A stretch of DNA of 62,298 nt. Origin: a bacterium. Its GTDB lineage: Bacteria > Patescibacteriota > Minisyncoccia > Moranbacterales > UBA2206. The notes beneath the pieces are model-generated. The model did not search any database, was not told the origin of the DNA, and worked only from the letters and a program-made list of their open reading frames with translations. The position numbers and the translations under genes are program-made. The stretch is from NCBI GenBank assembly GCA_029567195.1, contig JAKQLJ010000038.1, positions 1 through 62,298 of the forward strand, written 5' to 3'. Of the stretch, positions 46,999 through 54,272 are shown piece after piece. Position 1 is the stretch's first letter. Every line of letters starts with the position of its first letter.

Positions 46999-47247
46999 AT
47001 GGGAAACCAATGTATCAGGTGTCGTGTAACGTGGGGAGGAGGTCCTGATATAGATGGATGTTACTCCCATGGGCTTTGTGAGAAATGTCTGAAAGAGGCA
47101 TTGACGCCTCTTTACAGAAAACGGCAACGCCAGGAAGGCAATTTCGATTGTTTTGGAACGGCTTGCGGATATTGCGACCAATTTGGTTGCAAATACCGCA
47201 AAATATGTTTGGGATCAGAGACAGAAACATTAGTAGCTCACGCTTAG
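46999..47247 (+). CDS. Small Cys-rich protein, 82 aa (Zn-ribbon plus EGNFDCFG 4-Cys motif)
   Basis: AAGGAGG SD; CIRC...HGLCEKC and EGNFDCFGTACGYCDQFGCKYRKIC. Confidence 0.7.
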   Translation: MGNQCIRCRVTWGGGPDIDGCYSHGLCEKCLKEALTPLYRKRQRQEGNFDCFGTACGYCDQFGCKYRKICLGSETETLVAHA

Positions 47248-47428
47248 CGTGGAAAGGGATGCGAGATGAATTGCGCTAAGTGACGGGACCCGTTCGTGAA
47301 TTTCCGAACGCGGTCCCTTTCTTTTTGCCCAAAAACAATTAGTGGTGTAGAATTAGCAAATCAATTAAAATATAATGACTCGAATTGTTCGAATAGTAAT
47401 TTGAATAGATCGAATGTCAAACAAACAG

Positions 47429-48391
47429 ATGAACAGAAAAATAATCTTAAGCATTGTGTTTTTGGTGGTAATGGTATTTTCCGGTTGTTCATTGAGCCAG
47501 AAATCAACCGACATTGGTCAGGAAGAAGCAAAAAACAAAGCTTTGAAATTTGTCACTGAAAACCTGGTGCAACCGGGAACAAAATTAGAGGTTAAAGAGG
47601 TTATAAAAGAAAATGATCTCTATAAAATAACTCTCGATGTTTCCGGACAGGAAATCATTGCCTATATGACGCAGGACGGAAAGAAATTTTTTCCGTCTGT
47701 AATGGATATGGAAGAAGTGGAACAAGAGGTGGCGGAAAGTAAAAAATCCAGCGAAGAGGAACAGAAAGAAGTGCCAAAACAAGATGTTCCCGAAGTGAAG
47801 CTTTTCGTGATGAGCTATTGCCCTTATGGCACGCAAATTGAAAAAGGGATTTTGCCGGTTCTTGCTGCGTTAAAAGACAAAATAAATTTCAGTCTGGAGT
47901 TTGTTGATTATGCCATGCATGATAAAAAAGAAATTGATGAAAATTTGCGCCAATATTGCGTCCAAAAAAACGAACCGGCCAAGCTTGCCAGTTATCTCCA
48001 GTGCTTCCTTAAAAACGGCAATGCTCAGGAATGTCTGAATTCCAATGGCATTAACTCAGCCAGTTTAAATAGTTGTGTCAACGCGACAGACAGCCAGTTT
48101 AAAATTACAGAGAAATACAATGATAAAAGCCAATGGGAAACATCGCAATTCCCGCCGTTTGATGTGAATAAGGATGATAACGGAAAATATGCCGTTGAGG
48201 GTTCGCCATCCCTTGTCATCAATGAAACGAAAATTGCTTCCGCTCGCGATGCCGCTTCGCTTTTGAAAACTATTTGTTCCGGCTTCAATATCCCTCCGGA
48301 AGAATGTCAGGCGGAACTTTCCTCCACTGTTCCTTCATCCGGTTTTGGGGAAGGTAGCGGATCCGGATCCAACGCTTCCTGCGGGGAATGA
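47429..48391 (+). CDS. Lipoprotein with a thioredoxin-like (DsbA/GILT-like) domain
   Basis: Lipobox FSGC, FVMSYCPYG, GSP motif, several additional Cys. Confidence 0.75.
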   Translation: MNRKIILSIVFLVVMVFSGCSLSQKSTDIGQEEAKNKALKFVTENLVQPGTKLEVKEVIKENDLYKITLDVSGQEIIAYMTQDGKKFFPSVMDMEEVEQEVAESKKSSEEEQKEVPKQDVPEVKLFVMSYCPYGTQIEKGILPVLAALKDKINFSLEFVDYAMHDKKEIDENLRQYCVQKNEPAKLASYLQCFLKNGNAQECLNSNGINSASLNSCVNATDSQFKITEKYNDKSQWETSQFPPFDVNKDDNGKYAVEGSPSLVINETKIASARDAASLLKTICSGFNIPPEECQAELSSTVPSSGFGEGSGSGSNASCGE

Positions 48392-48395
48392 TAAG

Positions 48396-48433
48396 TCACA
48401 TAACACGTAACACATAACACGTAGCACATAGCA
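48396..48433. repeat. Heptamer array (TAACACA/TAACACG)
   Basis: CACATAACACGTAACACATAACACGTAGCACATAGCA. Confidence 0.75.
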
Positions 48434-48542
48434 TTATATAAAATCAGGCTGTTTTTGAGCCTGGTTTTTAGTTATCCACAGGGGAGGGTTGCAGTGATAT
48501 TTAATCAGTGATAGAATAACACTGTAATATATAAATAAAATT

Positions 48543-48585
48543 GTCATTCCTGCCAAAGCTCCATCTACCGGCAGGCCGGGGTGAC
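48543..48585. repeat. Degenerate GTCATTCC...GGGTGAC element with a CTACCGGCAGG core
   Basis: Related to 8190-8287; lies just upstream of the lexA ATG. Confidence 0.5.
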
Positions 48586-48596
48586 AAGATAAACTC

Positions 48597-49265
48597 ATGC
48601 AAAAACTAACATCAAAGCAAAAAGATATTCTGGAAATAATCCGGGAATATATCAACCAAAAAAAAGAAAACCCTACCAGCTACCGGATTCATAAGGATTT
48701 GGTTTCCAACGGTTCCAAAGACAGTTTGAAATCAGTGATGCAAGTTATCGAAGCGCTGGAAAAAAAGGAACTGATAAAAAGAGATGAGAACAAGAAAATA
48801 TATGTCATTGAGAATGACAGCTATGCTAATTTAAAAAATATTTTTTCCGTTCCCGTTTATGGTCTGGCTTCTTGCGGAGATGCCTTGGCTTATGCCGAAG
48901 ACAATGTTGACGGTTTTCTTCAAATATCCAAAAGTCTTTTTCGAGGGAGCAATTCTGCCCAGCTTTTTGCCGTTAAGACGCTTGGAGATTCCATGGACAA
49001 AGAAAACATTAATGACGGTGATTATGCTATTTTTGAAAAATACGATTATGCGTCAGGAAAGGAATTGGAAGGAAAAATTGTAGTAGCGGTCATAAACGGT
49101 ATGGCAACGATCAAGCGCTATAAAAAAGTTTCCAATGAAATAATCGGTCTTTTTCCGCATTCTACCAATAATTTCCATCAGCCGATATTCATCCACAAAA
49201 CCGACTCTATTCTTATCGCCGGAATTTTCAAGAAAGTCCTGCCGGTAAAATATGTGAGCCTTTGA
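48597..49265 (+). CDS. lexA: LexA transcriptional repressor
   Basis: LT.KQ wHTH, VPVYG.ASCG cleavage site, GDSM serine and TIKR lysine. Confidence 0.88.
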   Translation: MQKLTSKQKDILEIIREYINQKKENPTSYRIHKDLVSNGSKDSLKSVMQVIEALEKKELIKRDENKKIYVIENDSYANLKNIFSVPVYGLASCGDALAYAEDNVDGFLQISKSLFRGSNSAQLFAVKTLGDSMDKENINDGDYAIFEKYDYASGKELEGKIVVAVINGMATIKRYKKVSNEIIGLFPHSTNNFHQPIFIHKTDSILIAGIFKKVLPVKYVSL

Positions 49266-49318
49266 GAAAATGTAAAAATAAAATCTCAAAATGCAAAATG
49301 ACAAATCAAAATTTAAAA
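49265..49318. repeat. Left heptamer array flanking the four-helix-bundle gene
   Basis: AAAATGT/AAATCTC/AAAATGC/AAAATGA units. Confidence 0.65.
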
Positions 49319-49662
49319 ATGAATTTAAGAAAAGGCTTTATGTTTTTGTTTTAAGATTAATAAAATTTATTGATAAACTACCAAGAAATTCTGTTTCTGA
49401 TGTAATGGGAAAACAACTATTGAGAAGTGGTACAAGCATCCTGGCTAATTATATTGAAGCTAATTCTGCCAGTTCTAAAAAAGACTTTATAAATTTTTTT
49501 ACTCATTCATTGAAGTCAGCAAATGAATCTAAGGTTTGGGTATGTTTACTGAAAGACACTGGCAGGGGCAACAATAAGGAATCGGAGGTATTGCTTAAGG
49601 AGCTGACAGAAATAGCTAATATTATTGCTTCAAGTATAATTACGCTTAAGGGTAAAAAATAA
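49291..49662 (+). CDS. Four-helix-bundle protein (23S rRNA IVP / Avd-like family)
   Basis: QLLRSGTSI.ANY.EA..A.SKKDF..F..SLKSANESKVW. Confidence 0.92.
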   Translation: MQNDKSKFKNEFKKRLYVFVLRLIKFIDKLPRNSVSDVMGKQLLRSGTSILANYIEANSASSKKDFINFFTHSLKSANESKVWVCLLKDTGRGNNKESEVLLKELTEIANIIASSIITLKGKK

Positions 49663-49718
49663 TTTTGTATTTTACATTTTCATTTTGATTTTTGAGATTT
49701 ACACTTTGATTTGTGATT
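49662..49718. repeat. Right heptamer array (inverse of the left array)
   Basis: TTTTGTA/TTTTACA/TTTGATT/TTTGAGA units; the reverse complement shares AAATCTCAAAA with the left array. Confidence 0.65.
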
Positions 49719-49820
49719 AGGAATCTTGCTCAAAATATTTTTGTATAGTATGGTGTATTAGATAAAATTGAATATTAAGTACCCAATTTGGGGAAGGTTT
49801 TTGGTTTTCCAGACAATTTT

Positions 49821-52800
49821 ATGGATAAATTAGTCATCAGAGGCGCGCGGGAACACAATCTAAAAAATATAAATTTAGAATTGCCGCGGAACAAATTTAT
49901 AGTTTTTACGGGGATTTCCGGCTCAGGCAAGAGCACGCTGGCTTTTGATACCATTTTTGCCGAAGGCCAAAGGCGTTATTTGGAAAGCCTTTCCAGTTAT
50001 GCCCGGCAATTTTTGGGACAAATGAACAAGCCGGAAGTCGATCTGATCGAAGGTTTGAGTCCGGCCATTTCCATTGATCAAAAAGCGGCTTCGCATAACC
50101 CGCGTTCGACCGTCGGAACAGTGACGGAAATTCATGATTATCTTCGTCTTCTTTATGCCAAAATCGGTGTGCCGCATTGCCCGATCCGCCTCCCCGGCGG
50201 ACAAGTCTGCGGTCGGGAAATAAAAAAAATGTCGACAGATGAAATTGTGGATAGGATAATCGATTTGTGCTCTCCCTCCCCTCCGTCCCGCGGACGGGAC
50301 ACCTCCCCTCGGGCAGGTGAGGAGGATCGTGTAGTAAAAATACTTTCTCCTGTCGTCCGGCAAAGAAAAGGAGAATATTCAACATTGCTTTCTGAAATGT
50401 TTAAGCGTGGATTTTCGCGGGCTATTGTCAATGGAAAAGAGATAAAGCTGGAAGCAAAAATGGATGGCAAAATAAAACTAGAACGCTATAAAAAACATGA
50501 CATTGATATTTTAGTGGATGAAATGGAAATTAATGATGAAAATATAAGCCGAATTTTTGAAGGAGTAGAGAGAGCGCTGAAACTTTCGAGTGGGATAGTA
50601 AAAATTAAACTGCCTCCAAGCTCTTCTGTTTCGACAAAGTCGAAACTTTTCCCCTTAGGAAAGGGAGAAGGAAAGGGTGGTGAATTTATTTTTAACCAAA
50701 AACTGGCGTGTCCGGTCCATGAAGTTGAATTTCCAGAATTGGAACCGAGACTTTTTTCTTTTAATAGTCCTTTTGGCGCTTGTCCGGCTTGCGAAGGACT
50801 GGGAACAAAAAGAGAGATTGATCCGGTTCTGGTTGCTCCCGATATGAATAAGACTATTGCCCAAGGCGGCCTTATGCCATGGAGTTACAAAAAAAATAAT
50901 TGGCAGGGAACAATTTTGAGGGCGGTTACCAATTATTTTCACATTTCGGACAATGTGCGCCTCAGAGATCTTTTGGAAGATGATTTTAATATTTTAATGT
51001 ATGGCAGGCCGGTTCAGGAAAATAATAATGATGAAGAATTAACTTACGAATATTCCGCCGAAGGTGGAGATTACGAAAATATTCCGGTAACATTACGTTC
51101 CAAAACCGGAACAAACTGGAAATATAATATGGAATGGCGGGGAGTTGTCGGATATCTGGAAGATCGTTATAAAAAAACTGATTCGGAAGCGGTGCGGGAA
51201 GATATTGAAAAATATATGTCCAATAACCCCTGTTCTCTTTGCAAAGGAACGAGATATAAAAAAGAAGTGATGCTGGTAACGGTCAACAGAAAGAATATAA
51301 GCGAAATTTCTGCAATTAGCGTAGAAAAACTTCTGGAATTTTTTGATGGATTGACTCTTTCCAAAAATGAGGAAATTATTGCTGGCAGAATTTTAAAAGA
51401 AGTGAAAAATCGTTTGAAATTTTTGGAAAATGTCGGCCTCGGGTATCTTACCCTTTCCCGAGCCGCCAATACTTTGGCTGGAGGAGAAACGCAAAGAATT
51501 CGCCTGGCATCTCAAATCGGTTCGCAACTGGTTGGCGTTCTTTATATTCTCGATGAACCGTCAGTCGGACTTCATGCCCGGGATAATAATAAACTTCTGG
51601 AAACTTTGCTAAAACTCAGAGATGTCGGCAATACTTTGATAGTAGTGGAGCATGATGAGGAGACAATGAGAGCGGCTGATTATCTTGTTGATATCGGTCC
51701 GGGAGCCGGAAAATTAGGGGGAGAAATTGTGGCCGAAGGCAGTCCGGAAGAAGTGATAAGAAATAAGAAATCACTTACTGCCGCCTATCTCAGAGGAGAA
51801 AAAGAAATAGAAATTCCGTCTTTCAGGCGTCCAGTTAAAAACAAAAAATGGATAATCGTTCGGGGAGCGAGAGAAAATAATTTGAAAAATATTACGGTGG
51901 AATTTCCGTTAAAAGTTCTGACAACGGTCACTGGCGTTTCCGGATCGGGAAAATCAACGTTGGTGGAGGATATCCTATTCAAATCCCTCTCTTCCAAAAT
52001 TATGCGCTCTCTTGATCGGCCGGGAAAACATACGGAGATTATCGGTAGCAATTTTATCAACAAAGTCATTATGATTGACCAATCGCCGATTGGTCGAACG
52101 CCGCGATCCAATCCGGCCACATACACCGGACTTTTTTCTTCCATTCGTGAACTTTTCGCCTCCACCAGAGACGCCAAAGCCAGAGGATATATGCCCGGCC
52201 GCTTTTCCTTTAATGTTAACGGCGGAAGATGCGACAATTGCCGGGGGGAGGGATTTTTGAAAATTGAAATGCAATTTATGCCCGATGTTTATCTGCCGTG
52301 TGATGTTTGTCAGGGAAAAAGATACAATCGGGAGACGCTCCAAGTTAAATACAAGGATAAAAATATTGCCGGCGTTTTGGAGATGACGGTAGCGGAAGCT
52401 AAGGAATTTTTTCAAAATTTTCCGGATATTTATGATAAGCTAAAAGTCCTGGAAGAAGTGGGGTTGGGCTACATTCAGCTTGGCCAGCCGGCAACGACAC
52501 TTTCCGGCGGTGAAGCGCAAAGGATAAAGCTGGCAACGGAACTGGCCAGGCGTTCCACTGGCGATACTCTTTATATCTTAGATGAACCGACCACCGGCCT
52601 TCACTTTGAAGATATCAAGAAGCTTTTAAATGTTTTAAATCGTTTGGTTGATGCCGGAAACACTGTCGTAGTTATTGAACACAATATGGATGTTATAAAA
52701 ACGGCTGATTGGATAATTGATTTAGGGCCGGAAGGCGGAGAAAATGGCGGAAAAGTAATAGTTACCGGCACACCGGAAGAAGTAATTAAATATAAAAAAG

Positions 52801-52847
52801 AGAGTTGGACGGGGAAATATCTTAAGGAAGTTTTAAGTAGCAAGTGA
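49821..52847 (+). CDS. uvrA: Excinuclease ABC subunit A, copy 1
   Basis: GISGSGKST, two ABC signatures, Zn fingers; three in-frame palindromic insertions. Confidence 0.98.
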   Translation: MDKLVIRGAREHNLKNINLELPRNKFIVFTGISGSGKSTLAFDTIFAEGQRRYLESLSSYARQFLGQMNKPEVDLIEGLSPAISIDQKAASHNPRSTVGTVTEIHDYLRLLYAKIGVPHCPIRLPGGQVCGREIKKMSTDEIVDRIIDLCSPSPPSRGRDTSPRAGEEDRVVKILSPVVRQRKGEYSTLLSEMFKRGFSRAIVNGKEIKLEAKMDGKIKLERYKKHDIDILVDEMEINDENISRIFEGVERALKLSSGIVKIKLPPSSSVSTKSKLFPLGKGEGKGGEFIFNQKLACPVHEVEFPELEPRLFSFNSPFGACPACEGLGTKREIDPVLVAPDMNKTIAQGGLMPWSYKKNNWQGTILRAVTNYFHISDNVRLRDLLEDDFNILMYGRPVQENNNDEELTYEYSAEGGDYENIPVTLRSKTGTNWKYNMEWRGVVGYLEDRYKKTDSEAVREDIEKYMSNNPCSLCKGTRYKKEVMLVTVNRKNISEISAISVEKLLEFFDGLTLSKNEEIIAGRILKEVKNRLKFLENVGLGYLTLSRAANTLAGGETQRIRLASQIGSQLVGVLYILDEPSVGLHARDNNKLLETLLKLRDVGNTLIVVEHDEETMRAADYLVDIGPGAGKLGGEIVAEGSPEEVIRNKKSLTAAYLRGEKEIEIPSFRRPVKNKKWIIVRGARENNLKNITVEFPLKVLTTVTGVSGSGKSTLVEDILFKSLSSKIMRSLDRPGKHTEIIGSNFINKVIMIDQSPIGRTPRSNPATYTGLFSSIRELFASTRDAKARGYMPGRFSFNVNGGRCDNCRGEGFLKIEMQFMPDVYLPCDVCQGKRYNRETLQVKYKDKNIAGVLEMTVAEAKEFFQNFPDIYDKLKVLEEVGLGYIQLGQPATTLSGGEAQRIKLATELARRSTGDTLYILDEPTTGLHFEDIKKLLNVLNRLVDAGNTVVVIEHNMDVIKTADWIIDLGPEGGENGGKVIVTGTPEEVIKYKKESWTGKYLKEVLSSK
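50186..50207. repeat. In-frame mini-palindrome (RLPGGQV) inside a UvrA CxxC
   Basis: CCGCCTCCCCGGCGG core; 7 extra residues relative to uvrA copy 2. Confidence 0.65.
50271..50325. repeat. In-frame insertion in uvrA (DUF559-flank family)
   Basis: CTCCCCTCCGTCCCGCGGACGGGACACCTCCCCTCGGGCAGGTGAGGAG. Confidence 0.85.
50612..50680. repeat. Second in-frame insertion in uvrA (DUF559-flank-like)
   Basis: GTTTCGAC-AAA-GTCGAAAC then TTCCCCTTAGGAAAGGGAGAAGG. Confidence 0.7.
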
Positions 52848-52888
52848 CAAGTGGCAGGTGACAAGTGACAAGAGATAAATGACAAGGA
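52843..52888. repeat. Heptamer array (GTGACAA)
   Basis: AAGTGACAAGTGGCAGGTGACAAGTGACAAG. Confidence 0.75.
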
Positions 52889-52891
52889 AAT

Positions 52892-54184
52892 ATGGAAACG
52901 TCAATCAAAAAACTAAAATCCCTTCCTCAATCTCCCGGCGTTTATATTTTTAAAAATAAGGCGGGAAATATTTTATACGTGGGAAAAGCCGGGTCGCTTA
53001 AAGACCGGGTCGGATCATATTTTCAGAATCGTGACGGGTATGCACGGCCGATCGAAATATATATCTCTGAAGTTACAGATCTCGAAATCAGAAAAACAGA
53101 TACGGTTTTGGAAGCGTATATATTGGAACAGAGTTTAATAAAAAAATACCAGCCAAAATACAACATGATGTCTAAGGATGACAAAAGCTTCTGTTATGTT
53201 GTGGTTATAAAAGAGGATTTTCCAAGATTTATGATTATGCGGAAAACGGAATTAAAAGACCTCATCCTAACCCTCTCCTTATCAAGGAGAGGGAGTCAGA
53301 AGGAAAAAATTTATGGGCCATATACTTCTAAAAAACAGATTGAAACTGTTTTGAAAATCCTAAGAAAAATATTTCCATACCATGCCAAGCCACAAAAAAC
53401 AGAAAAAGGATGCCTGGATTATCATATCGGTCTTTGTCCGGGGCCTTACGACGGGGCGATTTCCAAGAAAGATTACCAAAAAAACATTCGAGCGATCCGG
53501 ATGATTTTAGAAGGAAAAAAATCCGGACTCGTAAAGAAAATGAAAAAAGAGATGCTGGAGCATTCCGATAATCAGGATTATGAAAGGGCGGCGAAACTGA
53601 GAAATCAGATGTTTGCGTTGCAACATGTGCAGGATATTGCACTCATAAACAATGAATTTTCCCCCTCTCCTCTCCGTCCCGAAGACAGGACACCTCCCCT
53701 TGGGCAGGGGAAGATGAAATTGATAAGGATTGAAGGCTATGATATATCCAATATCTCTGGGAAATATTCCGTAGGATCGATGGTGGTGTTTGATAATTCC
53801 GAAGGGGAAATAAAATCCAATAAAAATCAATATCGAAAATTCAAGATAAAAACTGTCGAAGGGGCTAATGATGTCGGAGCGATGGAAGAAGTGCTAATGC
53901 GCCGATTTCGCAATAATTGGGCATTGCCGAATTTAATAATCCTCGACGGCGGACGGGGGCATCTCAATATGGCCCGGAGAGTTTTAAGAGTTTATCACTT
54001 GGATATTCCAATCTTGGCCGTTGCCAAAGGACTGACCAGAAAGAAATTAGATTTCTGTTTTTGGGGATCGGTGCCGAAAATTCCTAAAAATATCATTGAA
54101 CAAATAAGAAATGAAGCGCATCGATTTGCCATTAAATATCACCGTGATTTGAGATCAAGGGAAGCTGTGAAAACTTTTAAATAA
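52892..54184 (+). CDS. uvrC: Excinuclease ABC subunit C (short form, no C-terminal HhH)
   Basis: PGVY.F, YVGKA..LK.RV.SYF, UVR domain, IEGYDISN, DGGRGH, RNEAHRFAI. Confidence 0.95.
   Translation: METSIKKLKSLPQSPGVYIFKNKAGNILYVGKAGSLKDRVGSYFQNRDGYARPIEIYISEVTDLEIRKTDTVLEAYILEQSLIKKYQPKYNMMSKDDKSFCYVVVIKEDFPRFMIMRKTELKDLILTLSLSRRGSQKEKIYGPYTSKKQIETVLKILRKIFPYHAKPQKTEKGCLDYHIGLCPGPYDGAISKKDYQKNIRAIRMILEGKKSGLVKKMKKEMLEHSDNQDYERAAKLRNQMFALQHVQDIALINNEFSPSPLRPEDRTPPLGQGKMKLIRIEGYDISNISGKYSVGSMVVFDNSEGEIKSNKNQYRKFKIKTVEGANDVGAMEEVLMRRFRNNWALPNLIILDGGRGHLNMARRVLRVYHLDIPILAVAKGLTRKKLDFCFWGSVPKIPKNIIEQIRNEAHRFAIKYHRDLRSREAVKTFK
53259..53296. repeat. In-frame hairpin insertion in uvrC
   Basis: CTCATCCTAACCCTCTCCTTATCAAGGAGAGGGAG. 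Confidence 0.75.
53659..53713. repeat. In-frame insertion in uvrC (DUF559-flank family)
   Basis: CTCTCCTCTCCGTCCCGAAGACAGGACACCTCCCCTTGGGCAGGGGAAG. Confidence 0.85.
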
Positions 54185-54272
54185 AAAACAGGTAATATGT
54201 CTGGTTTTGACTTCCTGGGGAAAATACTGTAAAATGTTTATTTAGTAACAAATTATTTATCTTTTTACATCA

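Noticed and set aside
46443-48481. Replication origin
   Set aside because: Only two isolated DnaA boxes, and no dnaA/dnaN nearby.
49291-49662. Diversity-generating retroelement
   Set aside because: An Avd-like fold alone; no reverse transcriptase or TR/VR pair with adenine-specific mismatches was seen.
44100-54270. LexA boxes (CTGT-N8-ACAG or GAAC-N4-GTTC)
   Set aside because: No complete match was found upstream of uvrB, lexA, uvrA or uvrA copy 2.
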